Assembly: GCA_965367675.1 (NCBI GenBank)
Contig: CBDUJZ010000006.1
Span: 2,016 to 66,015, forward strand
Length of the DNA stretch: 64,000 nucleotides
Reading direction: 5' to 3'
DNA from: an uncultured Myxococcales bacterium
GTDB lineage: Bacteria > Myxococcota_A > Bradymonadia > REDH01
The translations under genes and the position numbers were made by a program. The notes beneath the pieces are model-generated. The model saw nothing but the letters and a program-made list of their open reading frames with translations, was not told the DNA's origin and ran no database searches. Positions 21,602 to 30,163 of the stretch are shown here, piece after piece; the first letter of the stretch is position 1, and each line of letters starts with the position of its first letter.

Positions 21602-21634
21602 CAAAAGAAAAGCGGCGACCTACTGGCCGCCGCT
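21602..21634 (-). terminator. Rho-independent terminator of the membrane-protein gene ending at 21661
   Basis: Minus-strand read: agcggcg-gccagtaggt-cgccgct followed by TTTTCTTTT. 7-bp GC stem plus U-tract. Confidence 0.7.
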
Positions 21635-21660
21635 TCTCTTTGGTTCCTTTGGGAGGAACG

Positions 21661-22620
21661 CTACTTGTTGCCCTGCTCCTTGAGCATCTTCTCGAAGTCC
21701 ATCGTGTTCATGGCGATGGTTCGGCCGGCGACGATCTCGTCGGGGTTGTTGGTGGTCGCCTGTTGGGCGGTCTCCACAACACCGTCAGCGGTCGGCGGAA
21801 CGGCGGCGGCGGCCGGCGCGGGAGCGGCGAACGGCGCGGGGGCCGGAGCAGCGGGTGCCGGTGCGGGTGCACCGTACGGCGCGGGTGCCGGCGCGGCAGG
21901 GGCCGGTGCAGGGGCAGCGAACGGAGCGGCCGCAACGGGAGCGGCGGCCGGCGGGGCGAAGCCACCACCTTGCGCCATCGGAGGCGCGGCGGCCGGCGGA
22001 GCGTAGCCACCGGCGGGCACGCCCATCGGAGCCGGCGCGTTCGGCGAGTAGTCGAGCGACTGCGGGCTCGGGCCACCGCCGGCCGGCGCGCTGCCGAAGA
22101 TGTTCAGGTAGGCGAGGACGCCGAAGATCATCGCGATGGGGGTCGTCACGAGGGCGCCGATCATCACCGCGCTGCCGAGCATGTTGAGCGCGAAGATGAC
22201 CACGAGCGTGATCAGCGTCGGGCCCACGTTCGCCATGGCGGCGTCCTTGGAGAGCTTGGCCGCGTCAACGAAGCCCAGCCCACGGTCGACCATGAGGGAG
22301 TACATCCACATGAGCAGGAAGCCCGCCGGGAGCGCGCCCAAGCCGCACGTGACGATGACCAACGCGATGATCGCGAAGATCGGGACGATCATGCGACCGA
22401 AGTGCTGGAACGGGTAGAAGACGTCGCCGACCGAGACGCTCTCGCCGCGCGCTGCCTTCAGGCCGCAGTACTGGAAACCGCCCCAGCCGCCGACGCCGAG
22501 CGCCAGCGAACCTACGATTCCGATGAGTACCCAGTTGACCATGTCACGCTGGAAGATCTCCCATGACTTGCTCAACATCCCACCGACGTCCAAGTCGACG
22601 TTCTGATTAAATCCGTTCAT
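21661..22620 (-). CDS. Integral membrane protein with a Pro/Ala-rich low-complexity cytoplasmic/periplasmic linker
   Basis: Probable ATG at 22620 (MNGFNQNV…) with GGAG 8 nt upstream. ORF-track start at 22632 is a TTG. Four to five TM helices. Middle region is (PAPAPAAPAPAPYGAPAPAPAAPAPAPFAAPAPA) encoded by GC-rich degenerate DNA repeats. Confidence 0.6.
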   Translation of the reverse strand: MNGFNQNVDLDVGGMLSKSWEIFQRDMVNWVLIGIVGSLALGVGGWGGFQYCGLKAARGESVSVGDVFYPFQHFGRMIVPIFAIIALVIVTCGLGALPAGFLLMWMYSLMVDRGLGFVDAAKLSKDAAMANVGPTLITLVVIFALNMLGSAVMIGALVTTPIAMIFGVLAYLNIFGSAPAGGGPSPQSLDYSPNAPAPMGVPAGGYAPPAAAPPMAQGGGFAPPAAAPVAAAPFAAPAPAPAAPAPAPYGAPAPAPAAPAPAPFAAPAPAAAAVPPTADGVVETAQQATTNNPDEIVAGRTIAMNTMDFEKMLKEQGNK

Positions 22621-22707
22621 CGATAGCTCCAAATGGCCCGTCGAGTCGTCCGAAAGTGGGACCCTTCTGCGCCGATATATGCTTAGGCGGCCAACAGTAG
22701 AGAAGTC

Positions 22708-22731
22708 GCGGCGGGATTGTCAATCCGCCGC
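22708..22731 (-). terminator. Hairpin downstream of gspN (candidate terminator of the gsp operon)
   Basis: gcggcgggatt-gtc-aatccgccgc stem-loop 35 nt after the gspN stop. Weak U-run on the minus strand. Confidence 0.45.
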
Positions 22732-22764
22732 TGTCCCATCTACCGCTGCCGCAAGTCGCGCGCG

Positions 22765-23703
22765 CTACCGTCGTCGCGCGCCAGGTACTACCGAGGGGCG
22801 CTGGAGCGGTCCGGTGACCGACAGCGCGTAACCGTCGCCGACCTGCAGGCGCTGAACCTCGGGGAGGCCGAGCGCAGCGCCGAGTCCGGCGCGGTCGATG
22901 AATCCGCCGTCGAGCTGGAAGTCGAGGTTGAGATCCAGTCGTGAGGTCATGGTCGGCTGGCGCAGCTGCAGCTCGCCCGTGGCGTTGATGCGTACGTCCT
23001 GCCCGCTCGCCACGAACTCGTTGATCTTGATCGTGGAGCCCTCGATCGGCCCACGGAACACGACGTTACCGAGGTCGGTTTGCACCAACGGCAGCTCGCC
23101 GCCGAACTGGCGGAACATCTCTGCGCGGATCACGCCTTGGCCGATTCGTAGACCCGCGACCCCGAGCTCGTACTCGCCGCCCGTGAGCCGCCAGCCTTCG
23201 CCGTAGTCCACGCGGATCGTGCCGCTCACGGCGCCGACGATCGGCATACCGACCTTCTGCACGATGGGCGGAATCGATTCCAGTCGGACCTCGAAGAACT
23301 CGAGTCGGATGGTGGTCGGATTGTCTTCGCCGGGACCGTAGAACGCGCGAATCTCGCCGTCGTCACCGACGCGGACGTTGAGCTTCACGCGCGGTGTGTC
23401 GCCCAACAGCGACAGCAGGCCGACGGAGCCGCGGACGGACGCCAAGCGAATGGGGAGGCGTACCTCGCCCGCTTCGACCGGCGCCGTAGACGCGATCGTC
23501 ACGTCGTAGAGCTTGACCCCGGAGAGGCCGCTGAACCGCGTGCGATCGATCGAGATATCGTACCGGAAATCGAGCGCCTTCTCCGCTTGGGCTTCGATGA
23601 TGCGCGTGACCAAGCCCATCGGGAAGGTCAGCCGAAGGCCGATCAGGAACACGACTACGAATGCCGCGCCGAGCAGCAACCAACGTCCGATGCGTGCCAT
23701 CAT
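22765..23703 (-). CDS. gspN: Type II secretion system protein N-like (GspN)
   Basis: Last gene of the gsp operon. N-terminal TM (MMARIGRWLLLGAAFVVVFLIGL) plus periplasmic beta-rich domain. ATG overlaps the gspM stop (ATGATGA). Assignment by position and topology. Confidence 0.55.
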   Translation of the reverse strand: MMARIGRWLLLGAAFVVVFLIGLRLTFPMGLVTRIIEAQAEKALDFRYDISIDRTRFSGLSGVKLYDVTIASTAPVEAGEVRLPIRLASVRGSVGLLSLLGDTPRVKLNVRVGDDGEIRAFYGPGEDNPTTIRLEFFEVRLESIPPIVQKVGMPIVGAVSGTIRVDYGEGWRLTGGEYELGVAGLRIGQGVIRAEMFRQFGGELPLVQTDLGNVVFRGPIEGSTIKINEFVASGQDVRINATGELQLRQPTMTSRLDLNLDFQLDGGFIDRAGLGAALGLPEVQRLQVGDGYALSVTGPLQRPSVVPGARRR

Positions 23704-24266
23704 TCTGAACCCTCGCCCGAGCGGCGATACGTGGAGAGCGTGAGCTCGACCTGTAGTCCTGTGCTGCCTCGCCGTGCCGGGGAGACCGCCAAATTGCGCG
23801 AGAATACGAGCTCGTCCGACGACTCGATCGTGGTCATGAACGCTTCCAATTGCTCCAACTCAACCGACTCGAATTGGGCGGTGGTGGTGACCAACGTGAC
23901 GCCGCCGTCGACCGGCAGCGTGTTGTCGCGGAACTCGCGCGGGGGCGACAAGCTCGCCTGTCGCGCGCGGCTCTCGATGAACGTGGAGAGTCGCAGGCGG
24001 TTGTCCTGCAGCTGCTCCTGGAGCTCGGCGTTCTGCGCCGCGTTGCGCGCGTAAGATTCGCGCTGCTCGGCGATCAGCGCGAGGGCGCCGCGCTTGGAGT
24101 CGATTTCGGTCTGCAGCTCGCTCATGCGGGTGGTCGCCATGTAGCTGAGCGCCACGGTTGCGAGGGTGCCGAGCACCACGACCATGATGGCGAGCAAGAC
24201 GCGCTCTCGATCGCTCAGGCCGGCAAAGGCGCTCGCGATTCGTCCTGGTTCGGATGATTCGCTCAT
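23700..24266 (-). CDS. gspM: Type II secretion system protein M (GspM)
   Basis: ATG 24266 overlaps gspL TGA (ATGA), GGAGG upstream. Single TM (LLAIMVVVLGTLATVALSYMA). ~165-aa bitopic protein located between gspL and gspN. Confidence 0.6.
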   Translation of the reverse strand: MSESSEPGRIASAFAGLSDRERVLLAIMVVVLGTLATVALSYMATTRMSELQTEIDSKRGALALIAEQRESYARNAAQNAELQEQLQDNRLRLSTFIESRARQASLSPPREFRDNTLPVDGGVTLVTTTAQFESVELEQLEAFMTTIESSDELVFSRNLAVSPARRGSTGLQVELTLSTYRRSGEGSE

Positions 24267-26008
24267 GAGTCCTCCGGTGCGGGAGCGTCGGTACACTGAA
24301 TGATGCCTTGCACCGAGAACTCGAACCCTTCGCCGCGCGCGACCTGAGACAGGTCGTTACGCTCGATCTCTCGGAAGCACGTGTGGGTCGCGAGCTGCGT
24401 CTCAAACGTGTCGACCGATTCAGCGGAGTCCGCGGTACCTTGCATGCGGAAGATGCGGCGCTCGAGGTCGATCTCGATGTCGGTCGCGGCGACGGTGTAG
24501 CCCAGGTCGAGCGTCTCACCGATCGTGTTCGACGCGGTGACGAACAGGCCGTACGCCGAGACGTCCGGGATGAACGCCGGCCGCGTGCCGCCCAGACGGA
24601 AGCGCGAGGCGATGTCGTTGGGGCTGGTCATCTCGGTGCCGAACACGCTCATGGTCGCTTCGGTGAGCGCGTCGTCGAGCGCGCGGAGCTCGGCGTTGGC
24701 GACGGCGATTCGGCCGAAGACGAACGCGAGGCTCAACACGGCGAGGATCGCCGCGCCAGCGATCATCTGTGGGACGCGCTGCCGAACGTATTCGTAGGTG
24801 CCCTTGAACGTGAACGGGCCCACGCGGGCGTTCATCGAAGAGCCCTTGATGCCGGACACGCCGCGCAGCGCGAGGCCGAGCGCGGTCGCGAATCGCGGTC
24901 CTTCGGTGGCGAACTCGGGGACGGAGCTGGTGCTCGGGACCGCCGTCGGCAGCAGCATGGTCTCCACGCCGAGGCTCTGCCCGATGTACTCGGCCAGGCC
25001 GGGGAGGGCGACGGAGCCGCCGCACAGGTAGACGCGCTCGATGCCGGTGTTCCACTCGGAGGCGTGCGCGTGCAGCGTGCGTCGCAGCTGACGGATCAGC
25101 GGCTTCACGGCGGTGCGGCACGCGTTCGAGATGTCGATGGCGTCTTGGCCGGTGGGCCCTTCGTTTTCGGGGGTCTGGTCGTCGATGAACCCTTCGCGGT
25201 GCTTTCCGGCACGCGCGGTGGGGGCGTCGAGCGAGAACATGTCAGCGAGCGCGTTGGTGATGCGCTCGCCGCCGCCCGAGAAGGTACGAGCGTATTGCAG
25301 ATCGAGGGCGTCAAAGATGGCGACGCCGGTGGCGTCCGCGCCGATGTCCACGACCGCGATGGGGCCGGTCGGCGCCTCGGGGAGCAGGGCCCGGGCTGCG
25401 GTCAGCAGGGGGAACGGCGCGACGTCGACCACCTTGGGGTCCACGCCGACGTCGTTCAGCTCTGCGAGCAGCAGGGCCATGGTCGCAGGCTCGATGCCGG
25501 CCACGTAGACCACGTATTCACGGCTCTCGAGCTGTCCGCCGCGCATAAAGTCGAGCAGCAGGTCGTCCACGTCGGCGGGCAGGCGGCCCTCCAGCTGTGG
25601 CGCGAGCACGGGCGCGATCTCTTTGTCCGCGGAGAAGGGCAGCGTGAGCCGCGTGAGGAGCGCGCTGTCGGGCGCGAGGCCCGTGTACACGGCGTCGCCC
25701 TCGAAAATACCGCGGGCGTGCAGCCGCGCGATCGCTTCCAGCGTGGGCGCACCCAGCGTTGGCAGCACTTCGTCCGGGCTGGGCGCTGACTCAGGCGCGG
25801 CCTCGTCGGCGTCTGCCGGAGGCGTCTCGTGCGCCCCGGATTCACCGGCGCTGGCCGCTTCTGCCTCGGGCGGGACGACAGGTTCTGGAGCGGGAAAGAG
25901 GATGGCCTCTTCAACCGCTTCGACCAGTTCCCACGTCCGCAGGCCCACTTCGAGCACGACGGCTTTCACCGTCAACGCGCCGATATCCAGTCCAACGACA
26001 CGTGCCAT
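24263..26008 (-). CDS. gspL: Type II secretion system protein L (GspL): actin-like cytoplasmic domain, single TM, periplasmic domain
   Basis: N-terminus MARVVGLDIGALTVKAVVLE (PilM/GspL-like). TM MIAGAAILAVLSLAFVFG. Position between gspK and gspM. Confidence 0.75.
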   Translation of the reverse strand: MARVVGLDIGALTVKAVVLEVGLRTWELVEAVEEAILFPAPEPVVPPEAEAASAGESGAHETPPADADEAAPESAPSPDEVLPTLGAPTLEAIARLHARGIFEGDAVYTGLAPDSALLTRLTLPFSADKEIAPVLAPQLEGRLPADVDDLLLDFMRGGQLESREYVVYVAGIEPATMALLLAELNDVGVDPKVVDVAPFPLLTAARALLPEAPTGPIAVVDIGADATGVAIFDALDLQYARTFSGGGERITNALADMFSLDAPTARAGKHREGFIDDQTPENEGPTGQDAIDISNACRTAVKPLIRQLRRTLHAHASEWNTGIERVYLCGGSVALPGLAEYIGQSLGVETMLLPTAVPSTSSVPEFATEGPRFATALGLALRGVSGIKGSSMNARVGPFTFKGTYEYVRQRVPQMIAGAAILAVLSLAFVFGRIAVANAELRALDDALTEATMSVFGTEMTSPNDIASRFRLGGTRPAFIPDVSAYGLFVTASNTIGETLDLGYTVAATDIEIDLERRIFRMQGTADSAESVDTFETQLATHTCFREIERNDLSQVARGEGFEFSVQGIIQCTDAPAPEDS

Positions 26009-27486
26009 TAGAACTCTCTCCAGTACAAAATCCGCTCCTCAGGGTAAGCGTTCAAATCGACGACGGCCGTAATGCTGCGTGAGGCGGCACCGTACTCGCC
26101 CGTCGCGGCGATGGTATAGATTCGTGGGTTTCGCGTCTCGACGACCCGCCGCATGGCGGCCACATCGAACTCCACAATGTTGTTTGGAGGCACGAGCTGG
26201 CCGGACATGAGCACCGCTTGGTAGCCGTACATTTGCACGTAGCGGGGATTGGCGAAGTTGAGCCAGAACAATTGCCCGGTCGGGTCGGAGTTCTGGAGCG
26301 AGTTGATGACGGTGGTGAAGTGGCGGTCGGACGGGAACGGGATCATACGACCACCGCTCAGCATCTCACCGGCGCCGCCGGCCGAGTCACCTGCGCTGCC
26401 GAGCATGAACATCATGACGCGCAGCGGGTCTTCGAAGAAGCGGACGTAGCCGTCGAGCACGAGCGCCGTGAACGCCGCCTGCATACCGACTTCCGGCAGC
26501 GCGCACATCGAGAAGCCCTCGTACTGCGATCCTTGGATGTTGCTGCACAGGAAGCCGTACCAATCGACGAAGTCGGCTTGGTTGGGGAAGAAGTGGCCGG
26601 TCACCGGGTAGACGGTGAACTGCTCGCCGAACTGGTCCATGAACGCGGGGGTGACGCCGGGCACGAGCCGGAGCTCGTCGACGGTCACAAACGGCTCGTT
26701 CTTGGGCTCCCAGTCGATGTCGACGTAGCGCGAGACCTCGTTGCCGGCGCCGCCGACGGTCGCGATGCAGTTCTCGTCGACAACGGTCATATCGGAGTCG
26801 CTGTCGATGTGGTCGATGATGGCGCCGACGACCTCGAAGCGGTCTTCGATCGTGCGTGCGCGTTCGACGCCCATCATCTCGTCGGAGTCCTGCGGGAACA
26901 CCAGCGAGCACAGGCGCGTGAGCATCTCCTGGTCGATGTTGGACGACGCGAACTCGTTGAGGTTGATCTTGCCCTCCTCGGGCACGATCGGGTGGAAGTC
27001 GATGGAGCCGTGCAGGCCGCCGAAGCCGGTCGCGCCCGTCTCGTTCAGGTCGATCTCGCCGAAGTCGCCGGCCGAGAGCGCGCCGGAGGTGAAGATCGGG
27101 GCCAGCGTGGGCAGGTAGCGCCACATCTGGAAGTTCGAGCGGGACATCATGTCGGACATCATGTCGCCGCGGGAGTCGAGCTCCAGCTGGAAGGACAGCG
27201 CCAGGCGCTGCAGGTTGATGCCGCTGCGCGCCAAGAAGTACGCCTTGACCTCGTCGCGCTGGTTTTGCGCCAGGTAGAGGTTTACGCGGGTGTTGTAGAC
27301 GAACTCGACGATCGAGACGCTGAGCACCGCGAGGGTGGCCAGCACGACGATCATGGCCATGCCGCGGCGGTTCTGCGTCACGCGGCCGCGCATGCGTCGG
27401 TCGAGCGTGAGGCCGGCTCGGCCGAGCGCCATGAGCAGGCGGGCGCGGCGGCGCGCAGCGGGCTGGCGCTGCGTGGAAGGTGTCAT
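26008..27486 (-). CDS. gspK: Type II secretion system minor pseudopilin K (GspK)
   Basis: Prepilin-like N-terminus …RRG|MAMIVVLATLAVLSVSIVEF. GKINLNEF motif. Helix-hairpin-helix-like …PFVTVDELRLVPGVTPAFMDQ… typical of GspK. ATG 27486 overlaps the gspJ stop. Confidence 0.75.
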   Translation of the reverse strand: MTPSTQRQPAARRRARLLMALGRAGLTLDRRMRGRVTQNRRGMAMIVVLATLAVLSVSIVEFVYNTRVNLYLAQNQRDEVKAYFLARSGINLQRLALSFQLELDSRGDMMSDMMSRSNFQMWRYLPTLAPIFTSGALSAGDFGEIDLNETGATGFGGLHGSIDFHPIVPEEGKINLNEFASSNIDQEMLTRLCSLVFPQDSDEMMGVERARTIEDRFEVVGAIIDHIDSDSDMTVVDENCIATVGGAGNEVSRYVDIDWEPKNEPFVTVDELRLVPGVTPAFMDQFGEQFTVYPVTGHFFPNQADFVDWYGFLCSNIQGSQYEGFSMCALPEVGMQAAFTALVLDGYVRFFEDPLRVMMFMLGSAGDSAGGAGEMLSGGRMIPFPSDRHFTTVINSLQNSDPTGQLFWLNFANPRYVQMYGYQAVLMSGQLVPPNNIVEFDVAAMRRVVETRNPRIYTIAATGEYGAASRSITAVVDLNAYPEERILYWREF

Positions 27487-28367
27487 CGGTTCACCTCCAA
27501 GCAGTCCGGATCTTCGAGGCAGGCGTCGTCATCGCAGTCGATGTTGCCGTCGCCGTTGTCGTCCACGCCGTTGTCGCAGACCTCTCCGGAGAGCAGGTCG
27601 GCCGCGGCTTGGAGGGCTTCCGCGATGTCGGGCGGCAGCACGTTGATCGGGTCCGGCAGCATGATCTCGGTCTGCGTCGAGAACGTGAGCGTGCGGCGCT
27701 CCATGAGCGGGTGGGCGACTTCCATGGTGATGCGGACGCGCGAGGGCAGCTGCCCGTCGTGGTCGTTGATCGCGTCCCACTGGTCGACCCAGGCTTCGTC
27801 CGCGATCTCGCGCGTGGAGTCCCAGTACTCAAAGCGCAGCCGCTGCACGTCGCGCAGCATGGTGTACTTGATGCCGCCTTCCTCCGGATCGTCGTCGATC
27901 GGGGCGTCTTCTCGGCGGATGATATTGTCGTGCATATCGCCGTCTTCGCCGCGCTGGCTCTCGACGCGATAGGTGATCTCGCACTGCTCGCTGGCCGGCT
28001 CATCGACGCGCGTTCGCACGTGGGAGAGCGACGTGAACGAGAGCTCATCATCGGAGCCGATGAAGGCGGTCTGATACGTGATCTGGCCGTTCTCGCTGGT
28101 GGCCACCTGTCCGATGTTGGTCACGAACGCCATCGAGATTTCCCGCGTCATGCGGTCCATCGTCTGCTGCACGTTCCGGTAACGGTCGAACTTGTCGAGG
28201 GTGGCGGTGCGGAACTTGAAGCTCGAGGCGACGGTGCCCCACGTGAGCGAGATGATGGTCGCCAGGATGGCCAGGGCGAGCATGATCTCGACCAGCGTGA
28301 ACCCGGGGCTCGTGGACGCAGAGCCCAATGCGCGACCGCGCGCTGCCATGTTGCGGAGTCGGTTCAT
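27483..28367 (-). CDS. gspJ: GspJ-like minor pseudopilin with an unusual Asp/Cys-rich C-terminal extension
   Basis: Prepilin signal …SPG|FTLVEIMLALAILATIISL. ATG 28367 overlaps gspI TGA (ATGA). C-terminal tail …CDNGVDDNGDGNIDCDDDACLEDPDCLEVNR. Confidence 0.65.
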   Translation of the reverse strand: MNRLRNMAARGRALGSASTSPGFTLVEIMLALAILATIISLTWGTVASSFKFRTATLDKFDRYRNVQQTMDRMTREISMAFVTNIGQVATSENGQITYQTAFIGSDDELSFTSLSHVRTRVDEPASEQCEITYRVESQRGEDGDMHDNIIRREDAPIDDDPEEGGIKYTMLRDVQRLRFEYWDSTREIADEAWVDQWDAINDHDGQLPSRVRITMEVAHPLMERRTLTFSTQTEIMLPDPINVLPPDIAEALQAAADLLSGEVCDNGVDDNGDGNIDCDDDACLEDPDCLEVNR

Positions 28368-29047
28368 TGGGTCAGCACCGGTGAGTCGAGGAGCTGGCCC
28401 GGATCGAGAAGACCGCCGGGATCGATGGCTTCGCCTTGCACGCCCTCGGCGCCGTCGGGCGCCAAGTTGACGACGTATTGCTGCACCGTGAGCGACAGCT
28501 CGCTGCCGCCGTCCGGCCACGTGACCGTCAGCGTCACCTTACGGGAGCGCTGCGACATGTCGTTGATGAGCGGCGGGATCTGCGCCAAAATCATGGGCAG
28601 GAACGACGACACCGCGGTGGAGCCTGATAGCGAGCCGCCGGCCTCACCATCGCCGAACAGCTGTTCGTAGACCGTGGTGTTGAACGCCTCTTGGCTCTGG
28701 TCGGTGATCTCGACGACCTCGATGACGGCTTCCCACTCGATGTCGTCGAAGCCCTGGTCGCGGAAGTCGCCCTTGGCGGTCTCCGTCATGTCGGAGAAGC
28801 CGTCGGACATGAGCTGGTGCTCAAGGTCGATCATGGTCGAACGCACCAAGAGGGCGGCGAGCGCCATCTGGTTTGCGCGCTCCGACATGCGCGCCGAGCT
28901 CGCTTGGGTGCCGAGCAGAATGGTCAGCCCGGACGCGAGAATGGTGAGCGCGACGAGCACCTCCATGAGGGTGTAGCCCACGGTGCCACGCGTGCGCGGG
29001 GCGCCCGAAGTCGACCGCAGGACCCAAGCATTTCGGCGCATTCCCAT
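28364..29047 (-). CDS. gspI: GspI-like minor pseudopilin (long leader; start uncertain)
   Basis: Hydrophobic pilin-like N-terminus …GYTLMEVLVALTILASGLTILLG… ATG 29047 shares one nucleotide with the gspH stop (TGATG). Confidence 0.55.
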   Translation of the reverse strand: MGMRRNAWVLRSTSGAPRTRGTVGYTLMEVLVALTILASGLTILLGTQASSARMSERANQMALAALLVRSTMIDLEHQLMSDGFSDMTETAKGDFRDQGFDDIEWEAVIEVVEITDQSQEAFNTTVYEQLFGDGEAGGSLSGSTAVSSFLPMILAQIPPLINDMSQRSRKVTLTVTWPDGGSELSLTVQQYVVNLAPDGAEGVQGEAIDPGGLLDPGQLLDSPVLTQ

Positions 29048-29667
29048 CAGTCTTCCTCCACTTCGAAGAAGTCGTCCGGGATGTCCGCGTCGCGTCCGTA
29101 GATCTGCACGCGGCCGGTCATCGGGTCGATGCTGAGCGTCATGTACGTCTCGTCGGAGCGGATCCAAATCATGGTGCGCTCGACGAAGCCGTTGGGGAAG
29201 TAGGCGACCGTTTGGATGCCGTCCTCCACCGGTTCGGTGTGGTGTGTGGTCACGATGCGGGCGATCTCGACGTTGCCGCGCATCTCGGTGATTTCGAGCA
29301 GGGGCTCGGAGCAATCATCGAGGGTGGGGCGGTGAACGCCGAGGCCGAACGGGTCGGCCTCATCGTCATCGTCGTCGAAGGGCGAGCGCTCGTCCTCGGC
29401 GGGGTCGAGCAGCACGTTCTCGGGGCTGCACTGCACCGAGTAGGTGTTGGCGTCCAAGTCGAAGGTGACTTGGTACCGGAGCCCGTTCACAGCGGCGCGG
29501 CCGTAGACCATGCGCAACGCGCCCGACATGCGCATGGCGTCGGCGCGGAGCTTCGAGTTCTTCAAGCTACCGAAGCTTGAGAACGCGATGCCCATGACGG
29601 TCGCCGCGATCGCCAAGACCACGATGATCTCGACGAGCGTGAAGCCGCGCTGTGAACGGGTGGGCAA
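29047..29667 (-). CDS. gspH: GspH-like pseudopilin
   Basis: Canonical prepilin N-terminus MPTRSQRG|FTLVEIIVVLAIAATVMGIAF. TTG start at 29667 with GGGAGG 7 nt upstream. Confidence 0.65.
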   Translation of the reverse strand: MPTRSQRGFTLVEIIVVLAIAATVMGIAFSSFGSLKNSKLRADAMRMSGALRMVYGRAAVNGLRYQVTFDLDANTYSVQCSPENVLLDPAEDERSPFDDDDDEADPFGLGVHRPTLDDCSEPLLEITEMRGNVEIARIVTTHHTEPVEDGIQTVAYFPNGFVERTMIWIRSDETYMTLSIDPMTGRVQIYGRDADIPDDFFEVEED

Positions 29668-29670
29668 GGT

Positions 29671-30141
29671 TTAGCCTCCCGCGCAGATGTCGTCGTCGCC
29701 GCCGCTGCTGCCGTCGGGACCGTTGGAGCACAGCTCGAAGCCGCGGTTGCCGCCCTTGCTGTAGCGGTAGTCGTTGCCCCACGGGTCGTCCTTGACCTCT
29801 TCGACCATGGCGTTGCCGCCCGGAGGGTCGGTGAGCTGCTCCAGGGTGTCGGGCCACTCGCCGGTGAAGACGTAGTACTGCTCAACGAAGCTGGCGTACT
29901 GGTCTGCGGTGATCTGCGCTTCTTTGATCTTGGCGTTGTCCATGGCGCCGACGACGAAGACGCCGACCATGCCCATGATGGACGCCATGATCGTGAGCAC
30001 GATCATGATCTCGACGAGGGTCATACCGCGTTGGTTCGCTGCGATGGTGCGCAGGACTTCGCCGGTTTGGACGTCTGAGGGGGGCTGTACCGTGGCCTCA
30101 GCGGCAACGGGATCCATAGGAACTGGGTGCTCTACGTTCAT
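29671..30141 (-). CDS. gspG: Major pseudopilin GspG
   Basis: …QRG|MTLVEIMIVLTIMASIMGMV… prepilin N-terminus. Conserved GspG motifs …DQYASFVEQYYVFTGEWPDTLEQL… and DPWGNDYRY. ATG at 30141 preferred (AAGGA SD). ORF-track start 30171 is a TTG overlapping gspF. Confidence 0.85.
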   Translation of the reverse strand: MNVEHPVPMDPVAAEATVQPPSDVQTGEVLRTIAANQRGMTLVEIMIVLTIMASIMGMVGVFVVGAMDNAKIKEAQITADQYASFVEQYYVFTGEWPDTLEQLTDPPGGNAMVEEVKDDPWGNDYRYSKGGNRGFELCSNGPDGSSGGDDDICAGG

Positions 30142-30163
30142 GTTCTCGTCCTTGTTGTGGGGG

